Positions 39,942 through 48,782 of a stretch of 63,460 nt of DNA are shown here, one piece after another. Origin of the DNA: Syntrophomonadaceae bacterium. GTDB lineage: Bacteria > Bacillota > Dethiobacteria > DTU022. The translations under genes were made by a program, and so were the position numbers. The notes beneath the pieces are model-generated. The model saw only the letters and a program-made list of their open reading frames with translations. It had not been told where the DNA came from and ran no database searches. The stretch covers positions 1-63,460 of the forward strand of contig SLPH01000063.1 in assembly GCA_007132095.1 (NCBI GenBank). Reading direction: 5' to 3'. Every line of letters starts with the position of its first letter. Positions within the stretch are counted from its first letter, which is position 1.

Positions 39942-40544
39942 TCAATCAAACAAAAGCAAATACTGCCCATATCCTTCTTCCTCCAGGCGTTCCTTTGGAA
40001 TGAAGCGCAACGATGCAGAATTGATACAGTATCGCAAACCTGTTGGCCTCGGACCATCATTGAAAAGGTGACCCAGGTGCGAATCAGCCTTATTACTGCG
40101 CACCTCAACCCTTTTCATTCCAAAACTATGATCTTCATTTTCAACTACACTGTTTTCATGAAGCGGCCTGGTAAAACTTGGCCATCCGGTGCCGGAATCA
40201 AACTTGTCAATCGAGCTAAACAGCGGCTCTCCGGAAACAACATCAACATAGATGCCCTCTTCCTTGCTATCCCAATACTCATTTTTGAAAGGGGGCTCTG
40301 TAGCATCCTCCTGAGTCACTGCATACTGCAAATCGGTAAGCCTGTCTCTCAGGTCCTCCATATTCAGGTCCTCCTTGTATTGATACTCCTGCTCATTATT
40401 ACTGCCGCCGGTCTCTACCGGTGCGGCGCAACCTCCCGCTAAAAGAATGAGAATAGCAGCGCCAATAGCTTTAATAATAACCAAACTTTTAACTGCCCCG
40501 CCAGGCTTCCTAAGCAACCGAAACACCCTTCCAAAAAGCAACAT
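39942..40544 (-). CDS. msrB: peptide-methionine (R)-S-oxide reductase MsrB with N-terminal signal/lipoprotein-like sequence
   Basis: [17 protein letters not shown] and RYCINSASL motifs. The zinc CxxC pairs are absent. The N-terminus [14 protein letters not shown] looks like a lipoprotein signal. The start is uncertain (40544 ATG or 40484 TTG). Confidence 0.8.
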   Translation of the reverse strand: MLLFGRVFRLLRKPGGAVKSLVIIKAIGAAILILLAGGCAAPVETGGSNNEQEYQYKEDLNMEDLRDRLTDLQYAVTQEDATEPPFKNEYWDSKEEGIYVDVVSGEPLFSSIDKFDSGTGWPSFTRPLHENSVVENEDHSFGMKRVEVRSNKADSHLGHLFNDGPRPTGLRYCINSASLRFIPKERLEEEGYGQYLLLFD

Positions 40545-40791
40545 GATCCTTAATCTTTCCTGCCTTCTCCTTCGGTTCCGGATATGACCAGGCTGCATTT
40601 TCATTCCTCTCACCGTCAACAAGCAGGTTAAAATAGTGCGCCTCCCCTTTCCAGGGACAGGTTGTCCTGTAACTACTCTCTTCCAGGTATTCCTTTCTAA
40701 CGCTTTCAGGCGGAAAATAATGATTTCCCTCTACAATTATTGTGTCTTCGCCGGACGCGATTTCTGTCCCCCGCCAAATTGCTTTCGCCAT
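40510..40791 (-). CDS. DUF427 domain protein
   Basis: ATG at 40791 with GGAGGGGGG SD. Sequence shows [11 protein letters not shown]...[18 protein letters not shown]. Confidence 0.75.
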   Translation of the reverse strand: MAKAIWRGTEIASGEDTIIVEGNHYFPPESVRKEYLEESSYRTTCPWKGEAHYFNLLVDGERNENAAWSYPEPKEKAGKIKDHVAFWKGVSVA

Positions 40792-41030
40792 AATACGCCC
40801 CCTCCGGATTATATTTACATACAATCTCTAATACGTTTTTGGAAAGGCTCGACTCATACAGGACCATTCTGCTTTAACCCTTAATTGCCGGCGCCTGCCA
40901 TATATGTCCGTATTAGTTATATTATGATTATTAGATTATTTTATCATTTCGTTTACATAAAGTCAAGGCCGGCTAACGAACAGCCCAATTATGACAGATT
41001 CAAAATATTGATCTATGCAGGGATATAGAA

Positions 41031-41786
41031 TTACCGGCGCTGGATTAACCTGATCATGTAAAGGGATAGCACGATGATAAATGGGGTAAAAAGCTGGACC
41101 GTAGTAAAGAAGCCGGCGCCCCAGGCCTCGCTGATATAGCCCCATAGGATTAATGGGTTTTCACGAAATGTTTCTTCGATCAAACCTCTCAGTAAAGTAT
41201 ATCCCAGCACAAAATTCCAAAAGAGGTAGCCCGGGCTATAATCCCGGTTGCGGGCAAGGTAATTGTGCATCAGGAGCAGGGCAACACCAATCAGGGAACC
41301 GTATATTTGGGTTGGATGGCGTTCAAAAAAGAATAGGGCAGCTTCGCGCCCCAGGATTTCCTGGTTAAATATATTGGCCACCCTGACCAGGGCAATACCG
41401 ATGGCAACCCCGGGTACAGCAAGATCTGCTACTTCGCGCCAATTAATTTTCTGGGCCCTGCAATAAAGCCAGCTGGCCAAAATACCGCCAATCAGGCCGC
41501 CGTGAAAGGCCAGCCCACCCTGGTCGATGCGGATAATCAATTCAGGCCGGACGGCGAAATAAGACCAGTTTACGATGACATAAACCGCCCTGGCTCCAAC
41601 GATAAGGGCTATCATAATCAGGGCTATAAGGGTAATAATTTGGTCCTCGCTAATCTCTTTCCGTATCCCGTGTTTGCGCATAAAGTAAAAGCCGGAAAGA
41701 ACCGATATGGCAAACATGAGCCCATACCAGCGCAGAGCCAGTGGCCCTATGGTAAATATGATTGGATTAATATCTTCAATATACAA
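41031..41786 (-). CDS. lgt: prolipoprotein diacylglyceryl transferase
   Basis: IGPLALRWYGLMF N-terminus and the GLAFHGGLIGG motif. TTG start 7 nt after GGGAGGG. Confidence 0.9.
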   Translation of the reverse strand: MYIEDINPIIFTIGPLALRWYGLMFAISVLSGFYFMRKHGIRKEISEDQIITLIALIMIALIVGARAVYVIVNWSYFAVRPELIIRIDQGGLAFHGGLIGGILASWLYCRAQKINWREVADLAVPGVAIGIALVRVANIFNQEILGREAALFFFERHPTQIYGSLIGVALLLMHNYLARNRDYSPGYLFWNFVLGYTLLRGLIEETFRENPLILWGYISEAWGAGFFTTVQLFTPFIIVLSLYMIRLIQRR

Positions 41787-41894
41787 TTTATCGCCCTCCC
41801 GAAAATGCCCGTTTAACTTCGCTAATTTAGAGCAACATGCTGCCTGATCTTAATTTACTATCATGCCCTTGTCAAGAAGGCAGGCAGAAAAACA

Positions 41895-41922
41895 TTGCAT
41901 TATCATTATATTGTGTTATACT
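41895..41922 (+). promoter_or_regulatory. sigma-A-type promoter (extended -10) for the CoADR fusion gene
   Basis: TTGCAT, 16 nt, TGtTATACT. Confidence 0.5.
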
Positions 41923-41955
41923 AATGTAAAATAAATGAAATCGGAGGCTGTGATA

Positions 41956-44430
41956 ATGTCAGAAAAGGTGGTTATCATCGGAGGAGTAGCAGGGGGCGCC
42001 TCCAGCGCAGCAAGGCTGCGTCGACTGGACGAGGCCAAGGAAATTGTCCTTTTAGAGCGGGGAGAATATATCTCATATGCCAACTGCGGTCTACCGTATT
42101 ACATTGGCGGTGTTATTGAAGATCGAGAAAATCTGTTTGTTATGACCCCGGAAAAGTTCAGGGAATGGCTAAATGTTGATGTTAGGGTTATGAATGAAGT
42201 TTTAAGCATCAACCGCAATGCCAAAACAATCGAAGTACTTAATCATAAATCAGGCGTTAAGTACACAGAAAGCTACGATTATCTTGTTCTTTCTCCCGGG
42301 GCGGAGCCGCTTCGCCCACCGCTTGACGGCATTGACAGCGAAAACATATTCAGCCTGCGCACGGTAAGTGATACCGATAAGATATCCCGCTTCATCGCCG
42401 AAAACAATCCACAAAGCGCTGTAGTGGTCGGAGCCGGCTACATCGGCCTTGAAATGGCAGAAAACCTTAAGCAGAGGGGTTTGAATGTCACCGTCGTAGA
42501 GATGGCCCCCCAAGTGCTGCCGCCCGTAGATCCGGATATGGCAGCAGGGTTACAGCAATACTTAAAAGCTCTAGGCTTGCAGCTGCGTCTTGGCAACGGC
42601 GTAAAGGCGTTCCATCAACTGGCAGGGAGAGGGTTAGAGGTTGAATTAGCGGACGGGGAAAAGCTCGCAGCCGACATGGTCTTGCTATCTATAGGAGTCA
42701 AACCCGAAACTCGCCTGGCAGCCGAAGCAGGCCTCGAAGTTAACAGGGGCATCAAGGTTAACAGCAGGATGCAGACCAGTGATCCTGCTATTTATGCTCT
42801 CGGGGACGCGGTGGAAGTGACTCATTTTGTAACAGGCAAACCGGCTGTTATACCCCTGGCCGGACCGGCAAACAAGCAGGGCCGCATAGTTGCCAACGTA
42901 ATTTCCGGGCGAAATGACCAGTTCAAAGGAACGCAGGGGACATCTGTGTTGAAAATATTCGATATGACTGTGGCGACAACGGGAGCCAACGAACGGATAC
43001 TTCAGGATGCCGGGATTAATTATAAGAAAGTGATTGTCCATCCCAACGACCATGCTGCATATTACCCCGGCGCAAGCCCTCTTTCACTAAAATTGCTTTT
43101 TGACAGCGATGGAACCATACTTGGCGCCCAGGCAGCCGGTTTTGCCGGAGTGGAAAAAAGGATTGACGTCCTGGCAACCGCCCTGCGCTCAGGCATGAGC
43201 GTTTATGACCTGCAGGAACTGGAGCTTTCCTATGCTCCACCCTACTCATCAGCAAAAGATCCGGTTAACATGGCCGGGTTTGTTGCTTCCAACCTGCTGC
43301 AGGGCGATTACAGTACAATCGAGGCTTCAGAGCTGTTTGGTAATAATGCAGGCGAGCGCCAAATACTTGATGTCAGGGAGAAAGAGGAAAATGAACTTGG
43401 CGCAGTGCCCGGGTCGATCAATATTCCCCTGGGGCAGCTTCGTAAACGACTGAGTGAACTTGATCCGCTAAAGGAAACCATTACCTACTGCAGCGTTGGT
43501 CTACGCTCTTACCTTGCCCTGCGCATACTAAAGTTAAACGGTTTTAAAAAGGTCTTAAACCTGAATGGCGGTTACCGTACTTACCAGGCCGTACGTGGTG
43601 AGGCCGGCGGGCTCTCTGAGAATAATCGCCCGGCGGATAAACCAACTATTAACGGAAATGGCCAAAAGGATATATCGATCCAGGAAAGCGTAAAACTCGA
43701 TTTATGCGGATTGCAGTGCCCCGGACCGATCATGCAGGTATACAAAAAAATGAGCTCCCTTCCTGTCGGCTCAGTGCTGGAAGTTTGTGCCACAGATCCC
43801 GGGTTTTCAACCGACATCGATTCCTGGTGCCGCAGGACAGGAAACACTCTACTGGAGCGGGGCCATGATGGCAAAGGCTTTACCGCCCTGATTAAAAAAG
43901 GAAACGGGTCGATTGAAAAAGAGACAGTGCAGGCTGCTGGAACAATTCAGCCTCAGCCTGAAAAAGATAAGACTATTGTCGTTTTCAGCGGGGAGCTTGA
44001 TCGCGCCCTTGCCTCACTGATAATTGCTAACGGCGGTGCCGCTATGGGCAGAAAAGTAACGCTATTTTTCACTTTCTGGGGGCTCAATATCCTGCGAAAA
44101 AATGAAAAAGTCAGGGTTAAAAAACCTTTTATGGACAGCATGTTTAGTAAAATGATGCCTCGCGGCAGTAAAAAGCTCGGTCTTTCAAAAATGAATATGG
44201 CCGGAATGGGGCCGAAAATGATTCGCATGGTGATGAAAAACAAGAATGTAGATTCTCTCGAATCCCTTTTGCAGCAAGCCCTTGATGCGGGTGTGAGGCT
44301 TGTTGCCTGCCAGATGTCGATGGACATCATGGGAATTACCAGGGAAGAGTTAATCGATGGTGTCGAAGTAGGCGGCGTAGCCTCGTACCTCGATGCAGCG
44401 GAAAGCTCGGATGTAAACCTTTTTATTTAG
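41956..44430 (+). CDS. CoA-disulfide/persulfide reductase-like flavoprotein fused to rhodanese, TusA-like and DsrE-like domains
   Basis: GGVAGGAS FAD motif, redox Cys in SYANCGLPYY, rhodanese Cys loop YCSVGLRS, TusA-type LCGLQCPGP and a C-terminal DsrE/DsrF-like domain. ATG at 41956 with GGAGG SD. Confidence 0.85.
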   Translation: MSEKVVIIGGVAGGASSAARLRRLDEAKEIVLLERGEYISYANCGLPYYIGGVIEDRENLFVMTPEKFREWLNVDVRVMNEVLSINRNAKTIEVLNHKSGVKYTESYDYLVLSPGAEPLRPPLDGIDSENIFSLRTVSDTDKISRFIAENNPQSAVVVGAGYIGLEMAENLKQRGLNVTVVEMAPQVLPPVDPDMAAGLQQYLKALGLQLRLGNGVKAFHQLAGRGLEVELADGEKLAADMVLLSIGVKPETRLAAEAGLEVNRGIKVNSRMQTSDPAIYALGDAVEVTHFVTGKPAVIPLAGPANKQGRIVANVISGRNDQFKGTQGTSVLKIFDMTVATTGANERILQDAGINYKKVIVHPNDHAAYYPGASPLSLKLLFDSDGTILGAQAAGFAGVEKRIDVLATALRSGMSVYDLQELELSYAPPYSSAKDPVNMAGFVASNLLQGDYSTIEASELFGNNAGERQILDVREKEENELGAVPGSINIPLGQLRKRLSELDPLKETITYCSVGLRSYLALRILKLNGFKKVLNLNGGYRTYQAVRGEAGGLSENNRPADKPTINGNGQKDISIQESVKLDLCGLQCPGPIMQVYKKMSSLPVGSVLEVCATDPGFSTDIDSWCRRTGNTLLERGHDGKGFTALIKKGNGSIEKETVQAAGTIQPQPEKDKTIVVFSGELDRALASLIIANGGAAMGRKVTLFFTFWGLNILRKNEKVRVKKPFMDSMFSKMMPRGSKKLGLSKMNMAGMGPKMIRMVMKNKNVDSLESLLQQALDAGVRLVACQMSMDIMGITREELIDGVEVGGVASYLDAAESSDVNLFI

Positions 44431-44444
44431 CTCAGGACCGTAAA

Positions 44445-44479
44445 GAAGCCCGCCGGGTGGCGGGCTTCTTTCTTTTTTT
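44445..44479 (+). terminator. rho-independent terminator (between convergent genes)
   Basis: GAAGCCCGCC-GGGU-GGCGGGCUUC followed by UUUCUUUUUUU. Confidence 0.85.
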
Positions 44480-44540
44480 ATAGACAGGGCTCCGGGTAAT
44501 AATCCGGTTCCCTTAATTATGCTGCATCTGGCATGACTGA

Positions 44541-46346
44541 TTAATCTTCCTCGTTCTCCTCGTTTTCTTCAGCTGCTTCCTCATCCTCATCCCGGTCTAC
44601 TCCTTCGGGATAATTGTCAATCAACTCGTTATCGTTCGGGTCGTTGAAGACTGGAACAGAATCTTCCATGAATGCGTAGGCGCCAAACATTTCTGCCCGG
44701 TTTTCAATAAATATGTTCTCGATCAGGGTTACAATGGAACGCGAATAAACCAGCAGACCACCACCAAGCTCCAGGGCTTCATTGGCGGAAAAGGTATTGC
44801 CGCTCATCATAACTTCAGAGCCTTCGACAATTAAGGCGCCCGCACCGGATTCTGCGCTGTTCTCTTCGATCATATTATCAACCAGGGAGAAATTGGAGGC
44901 CTGGGAAAAAACACCGCCGCCATTCTGGGCACTGTTGCCTTTAATCGTGTTCTCTGTTATTTCTGCCGTTGAAGCGCCGATCACAAGGCCACCGCCAACG
45001 CGGCTGGAACGGTTCCCGGAAATCAGGTTGCCCCTGATCACCGGTGAAGACTGCTGAATTATTGCGATGCCGGCGCCATCTAACTCAGCCAGGTTTTCTG
45101 AAATATTGTTGTCTTCAATGACCGGCGAAGAGGTTTCGATGTAGATGCCGCCCCCGCCGAGAACAGCGCCATTGCCGGTGATGGTGTTAGCTGAGACAAT
45201 CGGATTTGATCCTTCAATAACAGCTATTCCGGCGCCATTTTCAAATGACGTATTGCGGGTTATATTGTTTCCGCTTATCAGGCCGGAGCCTGCTTCAGCC
45301 ACGACGATGCCGCCGCCGCTGCTTGTTGCGGCAGAGTTATTGTTAATCTCATTGCTTTCGATAGTCGGCGATCCATCGAGGACAGAAATTCCGCCGCCGA
45401 TTACAGTGGCCAGGTTGCTGCGAATGTTGTTGGAACTCAGCAGGGGATCGGAAGCATTAACTGCTACCCCGCCGCCAACTGCAGCCATGTTGTCTTCAAT
45501 AGTGTTGTCGCTGACCAGGGCCGAAGAATTTCGGTCGATAAAAACTCCGCCGCCGATGACCATGGCTTCGTTGTTTCTGATCAGGTTATCCTCGATATTC
45601 GGCGATGATTCGTAGATGAAAATGCCTCCGCCGTTAAAGGCCCCATTCCCGGAAATAGTGTTGCCCGACAGGTAGGCATAGGAACCGCCTATGATGGCGA
45701 CGCCTCCGCCTTCACGCTCAACATCATTGTCCCGGATTACGTTGTTTGTAATGGTAGGGGAACTGCCATTGGTAATTAGAATTCCACCACCACAGTAGCC
45801 CTCTATTTCCATCAAATCACCTTCTACATCCGCAGTGATCCTCTGGACATTCCCGCTGCCGTTAGCCAGGGTAAGGCCGGATAGGACAGCATCAGCCGAT
45901 TCACCGCTCTGGAAGGTGACCACCGCCCCCCTGCGACGGCCGTCAATTACCGTAGCAGCGACAATTTCCGGGTCGCCCGGATCGGTACTGCGCAGGGTAA
46001 TGTTTTTACCCATAAAATCGATGCGCTCATAATAGGTGCCCGGTTCAACGATAATCACATCGCCATCAGAGGCTGCATCAATAGCCGCCTGGATTGTGGC
46101 ATAATCGCCAGGCACGCTAATCCCCGCGGATTGCTGCGTTAAAAAGAAAATAGCAACCGCTGCAAGAGCCAGCACCAGGACAAGAACACCCAGCTTGGCC
46201 GGGTTGAGTTTTGCCCCGCCCCTGTCTCCCGGCGACACCGACTGGCCTGCACTTTCAGTAGAGTTATTGCCTGCCGGCAAACCGCATTGCGGGCATTTAT
46301 TTTCATTGCTGTCAAACGTTTCTCCGCAACCGCTGCATTCCTTCAT
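44541..46346 (-). CDS. zinc-ribbon / single-TM / parallel beta-helix repeat protein (paralogue A, ~14 repeats)
   Basis: CSGCG..CPQCG ribbon, a Gly/Pro linker, TM helix LGVLVLVLALAAVAIFFL, a DGDVIIVEPGTYYERIDFMGKNITLRS cap, then ~25-aa units N-x-I-x-x-N-x-A-x-x-GGG-I...SSP-x-I, and an acidic tail. SD AAGGAG upstream. Confidence 0.8.
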   Translation of the reverse strand: MKECSGCGETFDSNENKCPQCGLPAGNNSTESAGQSVSPGDRGGAKLNPAKLGVLVLVLALAAVAIFFLTQQSAGISVPGDYATIQAAIDAASDGDVIIVEPGTYYERIDFMGKNITLRSTDPGDPEIVAATVIDGRRRGAVVTFQSGESADAVLSGLTLANGSGNVQRITADVEGDLMEIEGYCGGGILITNGSSPTITNNVIRDNDVEREGGGVAIIGGSYAYLSGNTISGNGAFNGGGIFIYESSPNIEDNLIRNNEAMVIGGGVFIDRNSSALVSDNTIEDNMAAVGGGVAVNASDPLLSSNNIRSNLATVIGGGISVLDGSPTIESNEINNNSAATSSGGGIVVAEAGSGLISGNNITRNTSFENGAGIAVIEGSNPIVSANTITGNGAVLGGGGIYIETSSPVIEDNNISENLAELDGAGIAIIQQSSPVIRGNLISGNRSSRVGGGLVIGASTAEITENTIKGNSAQNGGGVFSQASNFSLVDNMIEENSAESGAGALIVEGSEVMMSGNTFSANEALELGGGLLVYSRSIVTLIENIFIENRAEMFGAYAFMEDSVPVFNDPNDNELIDNYPEGVDRDEDEEAAEENEENEED

Positions 46347-46385
46347 TTTTTTAACTCCTTCCCGGTTAAAGTGTTAACCAAAAAA

Positions 46386-47765
46386 TCAATCGCTCTCGAT
46401 ATAGATATCATCAGGTTCGTTCATGCTGTATTTGTTGGTATCGGGATCCTGGATATCGAGCTGCGAATCAGCAGAGCTCCATATGCCTCCCCCGCCACCA
46501 CCATCAGGAGTACCGGCAGTATTCCCTTCAAAATTATTGCGGGCTATTGTCGGAAAAGATTCATACACGGCAATTCCGCCGCCGGAAAAATCTGCGCTGT
46601 TCGACACAATTTCATTTTCCTCAATCCTGGGCGTGGAGCCCTGCATATAGATGGCTCCGCCGCTGAGAGAAGCTTCATTCCCCACCAGGCTGTTATTGTT
46701 AACGCGTACCGTGGAGTGAAGGATAAAAATACCAGCACCCAAAGCCGCCCTGTTATTATTAATAATGTTTTGTTCAATCACCGGCTGGGACTCATCAACG
46801 TAAATTCCGCCACCGTAACGTCCGGCCCTGTTGTTTTCAATAATATTATTCTTAATTTGGGGCATTGAATTACCGGCTACCACTATTGCCCCACCGTCCT
46901 GGTTGGCCTGGTTGCCGGTAATAGTATTGCCGGTGATTACCGCGGCCGAATCAGAAATCAGGAATATGGCGCTGCCAAAGGCAGCCCGGTTATTGGTGAT
47001 TGTGTTGTTCTCTATTACCGGAGATGAAGCCTCGGCGAATATTCCGCCTCCCATTGCCCCGGTATTGTCGGTTATCGTGTTTTCCCTGATCACGGGTGAT
47101 GAGTCAAATATAATAAGCCCTCCACCCAGCTCGGCATCGTTATCTTCGATAACGTTCTTATAGATAAGCGGAGAACTTCCTCCGGAAACAAGGATACCGC
47201 TGCCCCTGGTAATCGTGAATCCGGCTAAAACGGCACCTTCTCCTTCTCCGCTCCTGAAAGTAACCACAGCGCCCCTCGTTCCGCCATCAATAATCGTAGA
47301 TGCCACAATGTCAGGGTCATCAGGATCGATGCTGCGCAGGGTAATCTCTTTGCCTTTAAAATCAATATTCTCCCTGTATATACCGGGTTCCACAACTATT
47401 TCTTCGCCATCCTGAGCCGCATCTATCGCTTCCTGGATGCTGGAGTACTTGCCGGGAACGGTGTATTCTGAAGAACCGGAGGGAAGCAGGAAAAATAAAG
47501 CGGCCCCTATGGCTGCAACAATTATAACCGCAGCAACCGCATAGAGAGCTGCCGGCGGCCCGGATTTTTCGGAAGGAGGCTTAGATACCCGGGGCTTTTC
47601 TTTAAGGGGCGGTTCGGGCGTCGGTTTTTGCTCATTTCCGGCAGCCCTTGCAATCGGCTCTGGTTCTTCCTTTTGCCCGGATTTTCCAGGATCTTCGCCG
47701 CAGTATGGACAGAGGTCAAAATTTGTTTCATCGTAGTTCATGCCGCATGCGCTGCAGTCTCTCAT
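46386..47765 (-). CDS. zinc-ribbon / single-TM / parallel beta-helix repeat protein (paralogue B, ~9 repeats)
   Basis: ATG at 47765 with AGAGAGGGG SD. CSACG..CPYCG ribbon, Pro/Lys-rich linker, TM helix AALYAVAAVIIVAAIGAALFFLL, DGEEIVVEPGIYRENIDFKGKEITLRS, then beta-helix units as in paralogue A. Confidence 0.8.
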   Translation of the reverse strand: MRDCSACGMNYDETNFDLCPYCGEDPGKSGQKEEPEPIARAAGNEQKPTPEPPLKEKPRVSKPPSEKSGPPAALYAVAAVIIVAAIGAALFFLLPSGSSEYTVPGKYSSIQEAIDAAQDGEEIVVEPGIYRENIDFKGKEITLRSIDPDDPDIVASTIIDGGTRGAVVTFRSGEGEGAVLAGFTITRGSGILVSGGSSPLIYKNVIEDNDAELGGGLIIFDSSPVIRENTITDNTGAMGGGIFAEASSPVIENNTITNNRAAFGSAIFLISDSAAVITGNTITGNQANQDGGAIVVAGNSMPQIKNNIIENNRAGRYGGGIYVDESQPVIEQNIINNNRAALGAGIFILHSTVRVNNNSLVGNEASLSGGAIYMQGSTPRIEENEIVSNSADFSGGGIAVYESFPTIARNNFEGNTAGTPDGGGGGGIWSSADSQLDIQDPDTNKYSMNEPDDIYIESD

Positions 47766-47867
47766 AATCAATACCCCTCTCTGAAGAGAATAACCCGGCT
47801 TATGTTCTGAATTCATGCTGCTCAGTTCCGGGCCATACCCTGCCCGGGCCGAAAAGATACTTTAAAC

Positions 47868-47896
47868 ATTGTATCCGAAATAAAACAAGCCTGCAA
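47868..47896 (-). promoter_or_regulatory. sigma-A-type promoter for the beta-helix gene pair
   Basis: Minus strand: TTGCAG, 17 nt, TACAAT. About 95 nt upstream of ATG 47765. Confidence 0.55.
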
Positions 47897-47963
47897 TCTT
47901 TCCGTTAGGCGCTTAATTTTCCGGGCAGGTTTATTGCCTTTTTAAGCTTTGTCCAGGCTCTAG

Positions 47964-48674
47964 TTAGCGCGAAATCGGAATTCTCAACATTCCTTTTTGC
48001 AGATCGTCGGCTGCGCTTTCTCTAAAGCTGTAATAGTAAATTACTTCATCGGGGCTGCTATCGGAAGGATATTCAAACAATAGAAAACCGCTCGTACCGG
48101 GAAGGAGAGTCAGGCCTTCTGGTCCCGCATCCGGACGATCGCCGCGGTAGTCAAAGAAGATCATACTGGGTTCATGAAAAGAGCCTTCAACGGTAAGCAG
48201 AAGCGGTTTGTCCTGGTTAAACCCCCGCGGATCGGCAACCTGGACCTGTTCAAACTCTACAAAACTGATATATAAAACCAGGTAAGCGGGATCGCCTTCA
48301 AATAAAGGCTCTCTCCATGTTGTATCAATAAAAACCATCACCTGTTCATCGCCGCTATCCGGATCGGCTTCATTGAAACCGTTTCCGGAAATAGTTCCCT
48401 GTATTGATTCAGGTATTTCAGCTCCAAGATAAAGATCAGTTATCTCTATCGCTACCCTGCCGTCGGCAGATCGTATAAAACCTGAATCGTTTTCCTCACC
48501 GGATTCTTCTGCTGAGGCTGCTTCTGCTTCCTCTTCAACCAGTTCGGAAGCATCATTTTCCCCGGATTCAAGGTCACTTCCTGAGCATGAGGCCAGCATA
48601 AACAAACCGGCCAGGAAAAATATTAACAAGCAAAGAGTGTTTGTTATTTTCATCTTGGCACCAACCGCTCTCAT
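47964..48674 (-). CDS. acidic lipoprotein, function unknown
   Basis: Signal peptide with lipobox MLASC, a 35-aa D/E/S-rich tether, then a beta-rich ~170-aa domain. The start is ambiguous (48689 TTG, 48674 ATG or 48653 ATG). Confidence 0.65.
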   Translation of the reverse strand: MRAVGAKMKITNTLCLLIFFLAGLFMLASCSGSDLESGENDASELVEEEAEAASAEESGEENDSGFIRSADGRVAIEITDLYLGAEIPESIQGTISGNGFNEADPDSGDEQVMVFIDTTWREPLFEGDPAYLVLYISFVEFEQVQVADPRGFNQDKPLLLTVEGSFHEPSMIFFDYRGDRPDAGPEGLTLLPGTSGFLLFEYPSDSSPDEVIYYYSFRESAADDLQKGMLRIPISR

Positions 48675-48710
48675 TAGTTTTTCAGACAACCTATCTTAAC
48701 ATAAGGGTTT

Positions 48711-48756
48711 GAATTAAAACAAGAGGCCCGGGCGGCATCTTTAATGCAGCCGGGCC
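48711..48756 (-). terminator. rho-independent terminator after the four-repeat lipoprotein gene
   Basis: GC-rich hairpin GGCCCGGC...GCCGCCCGGGCC, followed on the minus strand by UCUUGUUUUAAUUC. Confidence 0.65.
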
Positions 48757-48782
48757 AATCAGGTTCAAAATAAATATATTGC

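Noticed and set aside
45145-45615. 156-aa Pro-rich ORF on the plus strand inside beta-helix gene A, with similar ORFs at 44782..45057, 46831..47163 and 47215..47415.
   Set aside because: These are antisense shadows of the GGN-rich repeat codons (GGG read as CCC gives Pro runs). They have no SD and lie entirely within a much better supported gene.
46287-46868. 193-aa plus-strand ORF spanning the junction of the two beta-helix genes.
   Set aside because: It overlaps two strongly supported minus-strand genes, has low-complexity composition and shows no start signals.
44541-47765. A regular ~75-nt periodicity that could be mistaken for a repeat array.
   Set aside because: The periodicity is in frame and degenerate at the DNA level. 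It corresponds to about 25-aa beta-helix coils, not to CRISPR-like identical repeats with unique spacers.
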